Shown here: positions 8,456 through 17,778 of the stretch, piece after piece | How the letters are laid out: each line of letters begins with the position of its first letter | Position numbering within the stretch: position 1 is the stretch's first letter | Virus record (IMG/VR): IMGVR_UViG_3300025114_000014 | Location: 1 to 36,898 of that record | Source of the DNA: a virus | Taxonomy: Duplodnaviria; Caudoviricetes | Length of the DNA: 36,898 nucleotides | Reading direction: 5' to 3' (one strand) | Notes under the pieces: generated by a model | Seen by the model: only the letters and a program-made list of their open reading frames with translations | Told to the model about the DNA's origin: nothing | Database searches by the model: none | Made by a program: the position numbers and the translations under genes

Positions 8456-9676
8456 ATGGACGTTAAATTACCTCCATCAGATGCAAAAAATCTAAGAGAA
8501 ACTTTTTTTGAAATATTACAGGATTTTTCTACATTTCCTGCCGCACAAAATTTCTTCTTAGTATCCATCGATAATCTCCCTGCATCTATAAATGATGAAA
8601 CAATTAAAAAATTAGGGATGCGGCCATTTAATACTAAAGCTGGTATTGATACAAATAGAAAAGTTCATGAAAAGTTTTTTGGTAAGGGAGGAGGATATAT
8701 GTTCTTAGCTTCAGGTGTTGATACAACTACCGAACATAATACTGTAAACAATAAAGGAAAAACTATTAACGGTATTTTACCTACAGGACCTTTTATGGAA
8801 AGCCATGATTATCCTGATAATGATCTTGATGTTCAATTTTACGAAACTAATGTTAGTGTTATTGATGGTATCTTTAGACCATGGATTCAATTATATGGAG
8901 TATATGGAAATATAGATACGCCTATTCTTACAGCAAATATAGATATATTTTTCTTATCAAAACAAATGGTTACATCTCGTAAAACAAGTTTTATGTCTAT
9001 GCTATTTGGATCACCAGGCTCTAGTAGTCCGGTTGTACGTAAAATTTATAAGTATAAAGATTGTATCCCTTATCAAATAAATGATGCAGGTGTAAGTGAA
9101 TATACAGGTGATATGGATACTGGTTCTATTTCTGTTAAATGGAGATTCTCGCGCTATGAGGTACTCACTCCACATGTAGAGGCACCTCCTCCTCCTCCGG
9201 CTGTTGATACTAAACCAGAACCTGCAAAGAAAAAACCTCCAAAAGCTAAAGATCCTACAGACGATATACCTGAAGCCGCGTTAGGAGGAGAGGGGTATGA
9301 ATATGATTTTACTGGTTCTCAACCGAAATATAATGCTTCGATCAATCCGAACACCCCAGCAACGCAACGTGAAATCGACGAAAGACAAGCCACCCAAAAG
9401 AAATGGCTCGCTGGAATACAACAAACTGACGTACGCGGTAAACCAATAGCGGCTCTAGGTGAGGGTGAGGCTAAACATACAAAATTTAATCCCGTGAAAT
9501 TTAAGAAGTCGCGAGATTTTTCAAATGAACTACCTTTGAAAGATCAAAGCCCTAAACAACAGAAACGAGCATATGTACAAGCTCTCCGAGATCAGGAAGC
9601 CCGGAAGAATCCCTTAGAAGATCCAAACGACCCGTCGTTTGGTGAAACTCGTGGTACTAAGCCTCCTGGACCATGA
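8456..9676 (+). CDS. Tube-fold baseplate/tail tube initiator (gp54-like) with long Pro/Lys-rich C-terminal extension
   Basis: LDVQFYETN...IFRPWI, YKYKDCIP and SVKWRFSRY resemble the tube fold in the first ~238 aa; the remainder is low complexity. Confidence 0.55.
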   Translation: MDVKLPPSDAKNLRETFFEILQDFSTFPAAQNFFLVSIDNLPASINDETIKKLGMRPFNTKAGIDTNRKVHEKFFGKGGGYMFLASGVDTTTEHNTVNNKGKTINGILPTGPFMESHDYPDNDLDVQFYETNVSVIDGIFRPWIQLYGVYGNIDTPILTANIDIFFLSKQMVTSRKTSFMSMLFGSPGSSSPVVRKIYKYKDCIPYQINDAGVSEYTGDMDTGSISVKWRFSRYEVLTPHVEAPPPPPAVDTKPEPAKKKPPKAKDPTDDIPEAALGGEGYEYDFTGSQPKYNASINPNTPATQREIDERQATQKKWLAGIQQTDVRGKPIAALGEGEAKHTKFNPVKFKKSRDFSNELPLKDQSPKQQKRAYVQALRDQEARKNPLEDPNDPSFGETRGTKPPGP

Positions 9677-10353
9677 TAAGTTATAATGACTTAATTGAAG
9701 CCTCAAAACTTCATAGTGAGAAAAAATATAAAGAATTAGTTGAGTTTTTTATTAAGAAAATCCCTAGTAAAAATGTTATTGAATTTTTAGCAAACTTAAA
9801 AGCTGAAAAATTTACAGAAGAGAACTCCGCGATAAAACTAACTACTAATAAAGGTGACCTACTAATTTATAAAGAAAATTTTCTTAAAGATCTACCTACC
9901 TATTCAGAAAGTAATCATATCATAGATGACTATTTTATAACTATTGGCTATCCATCAATAGACTTTTTCTCAGAAGCATCGTTTATTAAAAAAATTGAAA
10001 AAAACGGAACTATAGCTTTTATAACTAAGGACAATTATGAAGATGTTCCATTACCATTAATTAAAAAATGTTTTCCATATATAAATGAATATAAAGAAAA
10101 ATTAAATAACTCTTATGTCTATTATATAAACGATGAATTTAATAGTAGATTTTCATATAACCCGGATATAATTATTTACATATCGTACTTATGTACAATA
10201 TATTCATATGAAAATCTATTAGATGAACAACTATTTCTTATGCAACGAGGTAATTTCACATATCAAGATTTTAATTATATAACATATGATCAATTTAGAC
10301 GATATATAACACTTTTAATAAAAAGACTTAAGAATGAGCAGTCTCCTAACTAA
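9673..10353 (+). CDS. Baseplate hub assembly protein with gp51-like C-terminus
   Basis: C-terminal LFLMQRGNFTYQDFNYITYDQFRRYITLLIKRLKNE resembles T4-like gp51; IGYPS resembles the gp26 internal motif; located upstream of the tape measure gene. Confidence 0.45.
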   Translation: MISYNDLIEASKLHSEKKYKELVEFFIKKIPSKNVIEFLANLKAEKFTEENSAIKLTTNKGDLLIYKENFLKDLPTYSESNHIIDDYFITIGYPSIDFFSEASFIKKIEKNGTIAFITKDNYEDVPLPLIKKCFPYINEYKEKLNNSYVYYINDEFNSRFSYNPDIIIYISYLCTIYSYENLLDEQLFLMQRGNFTYQDFNYITYDQFRRYITLLIKRLKNEQSPN

Positions 10354-10978
10354 ATTTAAAGACCTTTGTACTAAAGATATAGAATTACCAGATAGCGGCA
10401 CAATCACTACTCCGCAATTAAATGTTCAATTTCAAAATAAATTATACGCTATAATTAGAAATATACGAGACGATCATCTAATTACTTTATCTTATTTACA
10501 GTATTTAAATAATTATATTCTCGATGTTTGTAAAATAGATACTACTACATATCGAGATAAATTATATTTAATTCAACATTGGAAAAACGAGGCAACCGAT
10601 CAAAGTGTAACCCTAGATTTTAATACAATTGTAAATGAACCTTTAATAACGAAATTAAAAAATACAGATTTAACATTTAAATTTAAACTTCCACTATTAA
10701 CATATGAGAATATTATTCTCAAGTATATTTTAAATAAGAAAGAAGTAGTTGAATCTGATGTTTTGTTTTTTGATACATTTAGATTTATAGATACTATTAC
10801 ATTAGATACTAAGGAATACACTATAAGAGATATGGAGTTAGATGAAATATACGATTTATTCTTATTATTTGATATTAAAATCTTAAATTCCCTAGCAAAA
10901 CATACTAATTCTATTTTAGGAGAATTAAATAAACTCAGAGTCATTGAAGCAGATTTTTCTTTTTTCGTAGATTTGTAA
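10334..10978 (+). CDS. Baseplate hub assembly chaperone (gp26-like)
   Basis: IELPDSG start, DKLYL, FKLP, FIDTI and a terminal FF pattern as in gp26-family proteins; directly before the tape measure gene. Confidence 0.5.
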   Translation: MSSLLTKFKDLCTKDIELPDSGTITTPQLNVQFQNKLYAIIRNIRDDHLITLSYLQYLNNYILDVCKIDTTTYRDKLYLIQHWKNEATDQSVTLDFNTIVNEPLITKLKNTDLTFKFKLPLLTYENIILKYILNKKEVVESDVLFFDTFRFIDTITLDTKEYTIRDMELDEIYDLFLLFDIKILNSLAKHTNSILGELNKLRVIEADFSFFVDL

Positions 10979-10979
10979 T

Positions 10980-10985
10980 TAAATA
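10980..10985 (+). promoter_or_regulatory. Late promoter core TAAATA
   Basis: TTAAATA-ATTACAT-ATG(10993), in a 14-bp gap. Confidence 0.6.
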
Positions 10986-10992
10986 ATTACAT

Positions 10993-12864
10993 ATGTCAGC
11001 GGCTGGAGATCGACTGTTATCAGATATACAAGCTAGAACTATTGGCTTAGAACGGAATCAGTCTAAGTTAACATCAGCAATAAATTCTCTTAATAAAACT
11101 ATAGGAAGACAATCTGGTTCTAGCAGAAGATTATCTGGTTCAACTCGTGATGAAGATCGCCCAATCCCGCCGAGTATTCAAACAGGTCAAGACTCTAGAT
11201 CAGTAAAAAAAGAAATGAAAGAGTTCTTTAAAGGAATGACCGGAAAGAGAGCTTTGGGTTGGGGCACTGGTTTAGGCCTCTTAGCAATATTTGGAGATTT
11301 ACTTGATCCGAATGCAATGTTAAAAGATATAGGGTCAGGTGTAGTGGATCGGGCAAAGAAAATAAAAGATGCAGTAAAAGATCTCATTTTCAATAAAATG
11401 AATGATTATCTTAAGGCTGCTACAGATATGATCACAGGTGTTGATACTCCAGACACAGCTTCGCATGCTGATGAAAGAAAGCAACTCGAAAAACTTATAG
11501 ACCTTCAAAAATTTGGCGTTGATATGCTTTGGAAGACTGTCACTAAATCTTTTGATAACGTCAAAAAACATTTTGAGGAAAACATCAATACACCGGAAAA
11601 CCGGAAACGAGTTGAAGACTGGACCAAGAAGCAGGCAGACGAGTTAAAGAAACAAGCCCTGGATGAAGGCAAGAAAGTAATAGACCAAGTAAATGAGGAT
11701 TATGTTCAACCGGCCCTTGAAAGCGCAGGGGACGCGGCGACCGACACAATTGATATGCTCAGGCCGCACCCGAGCCCTGAAAACTATCGAAGACGAGAAG
11801 AATTTAAGGAAGATATCAGAGAAGGGCTCAAAGATGCTTGGGATTGGCTGAGAGATTTAGATTTAGGAGCAAATGCCGCCGGTAATGCTAGCGGACCTCA
11901 AACAGCGGGCACGCCGCAAGGATCTTCAAAACCAGAAGGCTTCAATGACCCAGGTAACCGACCGCCGCGGGAGTCTATTATATCGCAAAAGCAACTAGAT
12001 GTAGCTGGTGACACTGCCAGTGTTGCCCTCCAGCAGACATCCTCGACGATGTGGCAAAAAGCAATGGATCCAGTCGCGAAATCTATAGAAAAAGCGATGG
12101 AAAAATCACCTGTTCTCACAGGAGGGATAAAATGGTCAGAGCTGATGCGGCTCGGTCCGTTCAAGGCATACGGCGCAATGGGTAAAGCCGCACAAGGCGC
12201 TCTCAGCATTGGTTCCAGAGTCGGAGTAAGAGCTGTTCCTTTTGTAGGTCAGGGTGTAATGGCTCATGATGTTCTATCTTCTGGTGTTAACATTTTTGAT
12301 TCAATGGCTGAACAATCTATTAATGTAGGTACTAATGACCCCGGAGGTACTAAGAGGAAACTAAAATGGGCCAAAGGAAGACTTAATGATAATGAGTATG
12401 CGCTGTATAAACGTTTTGTCGATGCGCAACAAACTAGGAAAAGGTTAGGTTGGTTAGGTGACCCAGCTCAAGAACGAAGTGCTTGGACAGGAGAACCTGC
12501 ATTATGGTTAATTAGAGCATTATCTGGTCAAAAAAATCCTGTAAGAACTAATTATGAACAGATGGAATTAACCGACGCTGAAAATTTTATGCGAAAAAAC
12601 CGCCCGGAATTTGACAAAATAAAAGCGGCGATGGGCAAAGCTGAAGCAAAGAGTAATGAAGTCCAAAATTTCTCTGACGAACAACTTCAGATTAAACTTA
12701 GAAATAAAGCAGAGAGAGAGAATAAAAAACAACCTCCAGGTGCGGCCGCTGGACAAGGAGTAAATTTAAACCAAACAACAAATAACTTTCTTAATAAAAC
12801 TGGACCTGAACCAGCTGATATGTTTAGTGAAGTGTTTACATTAAAAAACTGGACAAATAATTAA
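10993..12864 (+). CDS. Tape-measure-like protein (gp29 position), 623 aa
   Basis: Helical, charged composition, a short hydrophobic segment (LGWGTGLGLLAIFG), RAVPFVGQG motif, N-rich C-terminus; lies between the hub chaperones and the gp48/gp53-like genes. Confidence 0.65.
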   Translation: MSAAGDRLLSDIQARTIGLERNQSKLTSAINSLNKTIGRQSGSSRRLSGSTRDEDRPIPPSIQTGQDSRSVKKEMKEFFKGMTGKRALGWGTGLGLLAIFGDLLDPNAMLKDIGSGVVDRAKKIKDAVKDLIFNKMNDYLKAATDMITGVDTPDTASHADERKQLEKLIDLQKFGVDMLWKTVTKSFDNVKKHFEENINTPENRKRVEDWTKKQADELKKQALDEGKKVIDQVNEDYVQPALESAGDAATDTIDMLRPHPSPENYRRREEFKEDIREGLKDAWDWLRDLDLGANAAGNASGPQTAGTPQGSSKPEGFNDPGNRPPRESIISQKQLDVAGDTASVALQQTSSTMWQKAMDPVAKSIEKAMEKSPVLTGGIKWSELMRLGPFKAYGAMGKAAQGALSIGSRVGVRAVPFVGQGVMAHDVLSSGVNIFDSMAEQSINVGTNDPGGTKRKLKWAKGRLNDNEYALYKRFVDAQQTRKRLGWLGDPAQERSAWTGEPALWLIRALSGQKNPVRTNYEQMELTDAENFMRKNRPEFDKIKAAMGKAEAKSNEVQNFSDEQLQIKLRNKAERENKKQPPGAAAGQGVNLNQTTNNFLNKTGPEPADMFSEVFTLKNWTNN

Positions 12865-12869
12865 TAATT

Positions 12870-14168
12870 ATGCCTACTAATATAAACGATAGATATTTAT
12901 TTGAGTTTTCAAGACCAACATGTACGAATATGGAGGGAGATTCTTCAAAAGGGTTAGAGGTTACTCTTGATGATACGATGGCTCAAGCTGCTGGTAAAGT
13001 AATAGCAAAAGCAAGACAGAATATTATATCAGATTCCGTGGCAGATGTACCCATACCACCTGACAATGCGTCACATATGGATATAGATATAACAAAAGAA
13101 TTTCGATGGACCAAATCAGCTAAAGATTCAGTAGCAGTAAAGACCATACCAACTGTTACATTAAGAGAATATATAGTAACTGTTCCAGCCTTTTTTCAAA
13201 ATCTTAAACTTCTTACTGAACAAGTATATGGTCCAGGTAAAAAATACGGTGATGATCCAGAAGGTTATGCTAAAAGTATAAAAAATCTTGCTGACAAATT
13301 ACCAAATCCATTCAAGATGGGACTTAACAGCGCGCTGGAAGGGGTTCAAGGATTATCTGAAGCTGTCACTAGTGGCGGTGATAATGCATTTGGTGTAACT
13401 AAATTCGACATGCCATCATATTTGAAATCATACGAAAATATATATGGTGTCAAAAAAACTAATTTTATATACCGTTTGCCTTATTTAGAAGATTCATTTA
13501 AAACAATATCTAATAATTGGTCTCGCCAAGGATCCATACTAGCAACCCCTATACAATTCATGGCTGCATTAACAGCGGCAGTTTCTCCTGGTGTTGGTAT
13601 TGACTTTTCAAAGACATTTCAATATCCCGACGCTGGCCCAAGTTATAATATGACTTTTTACTTAGATAATACAAGATTTGATGATGTATCTGAATGGATG
13701 AAAAATTATAGATTTATATTTTTATTAATATATCAAAATCTACCTAATAGAATAAATAAGTCTGCATTAACACCGCCTGTAATATATCAATCTTCCCTAC
13801 CAGGTGTCTTTAGTTATAGATGGAGCTTTCTAAGTAATATTAATGTAAACTTTGTTGGAGTGAGAAGAAAAATGCCTCCATTTAAAGTTACAAGAAACAC
13901 ATCGTCAACAGAAGTAATTATTCCTGAAGGTTATGAAGTACAATTAACTCTCACAAGTCTTACACCTGAGACAAAGAATTTAATGTTTGATAGTATTAAT
14001 AACCCAGTTCGAAGCCATGAAGAATCTGAACCGTTCACCGGGCCTGTACCAGAATCCGCCATAAACACTGTGGTACCAGATTTTCCAGAATTTCGTGATC
14101 CACTTGCTTGGCCAAGCGACACTATGCGTGATACAGGAGCTCAACAAGGAGGAACAGCAGTAGCATGA
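12870..14168 (+). CDS. Baseplate tail tube cap (gp48-like)
   Basis: Synteny (tape measure - this gene - gp53); SYNMTFYLDN, LTPPVIY, FLSNINVNFVG and IPEGYEVQLTLTSL fit a tube-fold cap. Confidence 0.55.
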   Translation: MPTNINDRYLFEFSRPTCTNMEGDSSKGLEVTLDDTMAQAAGKVIAKARQNIISDSVADVPIPPDNASHMDIDITKEFRWTKSAKDSVAVKTIPTVTLREYIVTVPAFFQNLKLLTEQVYGPGKKYGDDPEGYAKSIKNLADKLPNPFKMGLNSALEGVQGLSEAVTSGGDNAFGVTKFDMPSYLKSYENIYGVKKTNFIYRLPYLEDSFKTISNNWSRQGSILATPIQFMAALTAAVSPGVGIDFSKTFQYPDAGPSYNMTFYLDNTRFDDVSEWMKNYRFIFLLIYQNLPNRINKSALTPPVIYQSSLPGVFSYRWSFLSNINVNFVGVRRKMPPFKVTRNTSSTEVIIPEGYEVQLTLTSLTPETKNLMFDSINNPVRSHEESEPFTGPVPESAINTVVPDFPEFRDPLAWPSDTMRDTGAQQGGTAVA

Positions 14169-14530
14169 TCGCCGATTTACAACTTACTCGCAATAATATA
14201 GCAGAGTTAGCATCTCTAGAAGATACTAGATATGAGAACATTTTTAAAATGGCTCGTTCAGATAAATATTTTTTTTATAATATAATTAAAAAGATATCAT
14301 TTCCTGATGATCTCAATCCACAAATATTTTTCGAAGTAAGAGTTACAGCTAATATGCCATGGACATCATTTTCAAATCAAGTATACGGAAATCAGAATTT
14401 ATGGTGGTTAATATGTCTTGCTAATAATATACAAAATCCAGTTAATAATCCAGTCACCGGTGACAAGTATACAGTCATAAAACCAACATATGTAAATAGA
14501 ATATTATCTGAAATTAACCAACAAGTATAA
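14165..14530 (+). CDS. Baseplate wedge protein (gp53-like, LysM-like)
   Basis: WTSFSNQVYGNQNLWWLICLANNIQNP matches the gp53/tail-X pattern. Confidence 0.8.
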   Translation: MIADLQLTRNNIAELASLEDTRYENIFKMARSDKYFFYNIIKKISFPDDLNPQIFFEVRVTANMPWTSFSNQVYGNQNLWWLICLANNIQNPVNNPVTGDKYTVIKPTYVNRILSEINQQV

Positions 14531-14532
14531 TA

Positions 14533-16179
14533 ATGGCGAAACCAGCTTTACAAGATATACAAGATGAAACGATCGAAGAATTCTTCGATATTAGTTCTAA
14601 CGCTACAGACTTTTTTATATCTATAGTATTTGTAAATGAAAAAGCTCAGAAAAAGAATGTTAGAAAACCAGAATTTAAAAAAATAACATTTGACTCTACT
14701 TATAAATCTCCATTTGTAATTGGAAGCTTGCAATTACTTTCTGACAAAACGCCAATCCCAATTAAAATCGGTACCCGAAAAAAAGAAATTTTTGAAGGTG
14801 AATATGAAAATATTGCTACAGGTGGAGAGTTTCTACATATAAAAATCGAACAACAATCTACTGCAACAAGATGTCAAAGAGAGGTTTTAGTTGATAAAAT
14901 ATATATAACTAAAAATGCTGTCGAAGGTTTAGATAGTAATGAAAAAACAATAACATATTATTTTGCAGATGTTGAATATGCATCTTTAATGTATCAGAGG
15001 TTTCCATGGAGTACTAATGACTATGTTAGTTGGGGACCAAATCATTCAGAATGGGGCGCAGATGAGAACAACCCATACGAAGCACTTGACGTTGCAATAT
15101 CAGAAGGCGTCGCTCAATTTAGTCGAGATCAATGCGGTATAAAAGTTAGTGATGCTATAAAACATTTATTACAAAGGTTTTGCGAACGATCCGGTAATTA
15201 CACTGAACAGGAACTGGACGTTTCACCTTTTAAAGATGCTGTTATTAATGAACAAGAATGGGATGAAAGTTCTTCAAAAATAATGTATACTTTACCTCAA
15301 AACACACCCCCTATTGTTGGGTTGTTTGATTTAATGTCAAAGTATGTCTCTAAAATACATGGTGATATGGGTATTTTATTATATTATAACGGAATGTTTA
15401 GCTTAAGATCTCTCACTAATATAATTAATGATGCTATTGATCTTAACACAGTTGGTCAAGATTGGTCAATGACGAACTTTAAAAGAAAATTTGCTGGTAT
15501 TGTAAAAATAGAAACAGATGATATAAGAATGCATTATAGTAAAAGACAATCTCATTCTATATTTTCAGATCCTAGTATACAAAATCTTCTAGTTCCAGTA
15601 AATATAGAGAATGTAACTTTTCATAAAAAACAACCTGACACTGCTACGAATCAAATAGTAGATCACACTATAGCCTCATATGACGTCGGTAGTAAATTAT
15701 TTAAATTAAACAATAAAAATGGTAGTGTTGAAGATTTTAATAAAAATTTTTCAATCTATATGACAGCATTTCCAGATGCAAACTCAAACGACGGTGAGCT
15801 CACTCCAAATGTTAATAAAACTGATCTCACTAAACCTAATAAAAAGAGATTTTTTAACTTACATACTGCAGCAGATGAAGATAATAACTATGGAAAAATT
15901 ATGTTACAACAAAAAATATTAGATAACTCTGATAAAGTAACATTAAATCTCACTGGAGTTGGTAGTAAAAATAATTGGATGATGACCGGAGGTAAATTTA
16001 TAGGTATAGAAGTTGGAGGTGAGAAAATAGATAAATTTATGGAAGATGTCCCTGGGTTTTGGTTTATTCTTCGAAACATAACAACTTTACAACAAGGAGA
16101 ATTTAATACAAAACTAGTATGTAGTAAGATAGATAAATTTGAAAGGGGACACGGTACACGCGCTGCCGGTGCTAGTTAA
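14533..16179 (+). CDS. Probable central baseplate hub protein (gp27/VgrG N-domain-like)
   Basis: Follows gp53; N-terminal SPFVIGSLQL, VSDAIKHLL and C-terminal GKFIGI...GFWFILRNITT...FNTKLVCSK fit hub proteins. Based mostly on synteny. Confidence 0.55.
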   Translation: MAKPALQDIQDETIEEFFDISSNATDFFISIVFVNEKAQKKNVRKPEFKKITFDSTYKSPFVIGSLQLLSDKTPIPIKIGTRKKEIFEGEYENIATGGEFLHIKIEQQSTATRCQREVLVDKIYITKNAVEGLDSNEKTITYYFADVEYASLMYQRFPWSTNDYVSWGPNHSEWGADENNPYEALDVAISEGVAQFSRDQCGIKVSDAIKHLLQRFCERSGNYTEQELDVSPFKDAVINEQEWDESSSKIMYTLPQNTPPIVGLFDLMSKYVSKIHGDMGILLYYNGMFSLRSLTNIINDAIDLNTVGQDWSMTNFKRKFAGIVKIETDDIRMHYSKRQSHSIFSDPSIQNLLVPVNIENVTFHKKQPDTATNQIVDHTIASYDVGSKLFKLNNKNGSVEDFNKNFSIYMTAFPDANSNDGELTPNVNKTDLTKPNKKRFFNLHTAADEDNNYGKIMLQQKILDNSDKVTLNLTGVGSKNNWMMTGGKFIGIEVGGEKIDKFMEDVPGFWFILRNITTLQQGEFNTKLVCSKIDKFERGHGTRAAGAS

Positions 16180-16180
16180 T

Positions 16181-17260
16181 ATGAGCGCAATACCATCAAA
16201 AACGGGCGAACCAGATATAGTAAATACTCGATTAACTAATTCAGTAGACTTTCATATCGCATCTACAAATTTTAGCTCTATAATTAAAAAATATATTAAT
16301 TTTGTAGCATTATCAAAATATTATGATAGTTTAAAATATGAATCGGATCCTATTACTAGAGAAGCAGACTTTTGGGAAGGTATAGCAAATGCAAATTTAG
16401 ACTTACAAAAATTTGCGAAATCTCCCAAAGCAACAAAATACCTTAAAAGAAAAGAGATTGAAATTGCCGCTGGAGATTCTCTGCGAATGGATGACGGTGG
16501 AAACCCAATTGTATTTCAGGACAAAGAATTAGGCTTAGTTGCATTAACTGTAAAAGGGAACAAAATTCCTCTGACTGAAGATGATTCTACGAATGTAAAC
16601 GAAAAAATAAATAAAATTTCAAATAGCTTTGATATAGCAAATGAAGATAAAAATGGTGAATTTATTGCATGGTGGTTAGATAAGTACCGTAAATGTCACT
16701 TAAAAGTAAAAGAAATATTATCAGAAAGACTGTCTATAGAAGATACTATTTTACAAGAAATATCTGAAAGTGTAGGTTTTTTATTTTATCAATGGCAATA
16801 CCCTCAAAGTAGATACACACACTATGCAGATGAATTTATGCAGGATACGACTCCTCTACCTTATAATAGTATCATTGATGATAAATTAGAAATGGAAACC
16901 CGAACAAATATTGTTCAATTAAGCAATCGAGTTGAATCTTTATTTAAACGAAACATGCAACAAATAATTAAAACAGGAGAAGTTGCTGGAGATGCTCATA
17001 AAGAAAATTTAGTTACCGATCATTACCATTATGAAAGATTAAAGAAAAATCAGCCTGAAATTAATGAAAATATTGCTAATGTATTAGGTGGAACCTATAC
17101 CGTTTTATCGTGGCTTACGATGAATAAATTAAATAATATTCAAAAAATAGTACCCGGGGTTCATGAAGTAGTAATAGAAAACTCTAAAGAAGAAGTAGAT
17201 ATCTTATTAAACAAAATACAAACTCTTCAAAGACCATTTAATATAGATATTCTTAGGTAG
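16181..17260 (+). CDS. Hypothetical protein, 359 aa (probably virion-associated)
   Basis: Long ORF; ATG at 16181, 1 nt after the upstream stop, preferred to the TTG at 16139; helical composition; no family recognised. Confidence 0.7.
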   Translation: MSAIPSKTGEPDIVNTRLTNSVDFHIASTNFSSIIKKYINFVALSKYYDSLKYESDPITREADFWEGIANANLDLQKFAKSPKATKYLKRKEIEIAAGDSLRMDDGGNPIVFQDKELGLVALTVKGNKIPLTEDDSTNVNEKINKISNSFDIANEDKNGEFIAWWLDKYRKCHLKVKEILSERLSIEDTILQEISESVGFLFYQWQYPQSRYTHYADEFMQDTTPLPYNSIIDDKLEMETRTNIVQLSNRVESLFKRNMQQIIKTGEVAGDAHKENLVTDHYHYERLKKNQPEINENIANVLGGTYTVLSWLTMNKLNNIQKIVPGVHEVVIENSKEEVDILLNKIQTLQRPFNIDILR

Positions 17261-17732
17261 TTTTTTCTATCCTATCAGGTTCCTTTACATCCGATTCTAC
17301 ATTAATTATCTTTGAATCTTTCAATAAACGATCAAGAACTTCATCTCTACTCAACATTAATGCATGCTGTTGATCAGCGTTTTGAAGTTCTTTTTTAGAA
17401 TCTATATCTAACTGTTTCGCCTTTATAGTAGTATTAGATCTTTTATCCTGAACAACTAATTTATTTAATGTTTCAATAGCACCAGTTGAAGCTTTAATAA
17501 GTTCGGCAAGAGAAGAGACATTTTCTGCTTCAGGCATATGATGAACCACCTCTTTCATATTATCTATTAACTCTAAAGAATCTTGAATTAATTTAGATGA
17601 TTTTTGTATAATAAAATCTTCAACTTCATCTTTAGAAATATTAAATCTCTCTGACTGTTGTGCTAACTCTCTACTAGCTTTTGGTACAGTTTTTAATTGC
17701 GATATTAAATCTGCTGGATCAATGTCATCCAT
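17253..17732 (-). CDS. Probable terminase small subunit (T4 gp16-like)
   Basis: 159 aa; two-helix pattern LIQDSLELIDNMKEV...PEAENVSSLAELIKASTGAIETLNKL and C-terminal LMLSRDEVLDRL recall gp16 (PR-x-x-EV...STxEL); has a late box. Confidence 0.5.
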   Translation of the reverse strand: MDDIDPADLISQLKTVPKASRELAQQSERFNISKDEVEDFIIQKSSKLIQDSLELIDNMKEVVHHMPEAENVSSLAELIKASTGAIETLNKLVVQDKRSNTTIKAKQLDIDSKKELQNADQQHALMLSRDEVLDRLLKDSKIINVESDVKEPDRIEKTT

Positions 17733-17737
17733 AAAAG

Positions 17738-17743
17738 TATTTA
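17738..17743 (-). promoter_or_regulatory. Late promoter core TAAATA
   Basis: Minus strand GTAAATA-CTTTT-ATG(17732), 5-nt spacer. Confidence 0.6.
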
Positions 17744-17744
17744 C

Positions 17745-17772
17745 TTGAAAAATCTAAATTATATACTATATT
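17745..17772 (+). promoter_or_regulatory. Sigma70-like promoter for the dut-ORF-clamp loader unit
   Basis: TTGAAA(17745-17750)-N16-TATATT(17767-17772)-6 nt-ATG(17779). Confidence 0.45.
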
Positions 17773-17778
17773 CATTGT

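Noticed and set aside
12854-12869. Late box before the gp48-like gene
   Set aside because: Only CAAATA or TTAATA variants at atypical spacing; co-transcription with the tape measure gene is simpler.
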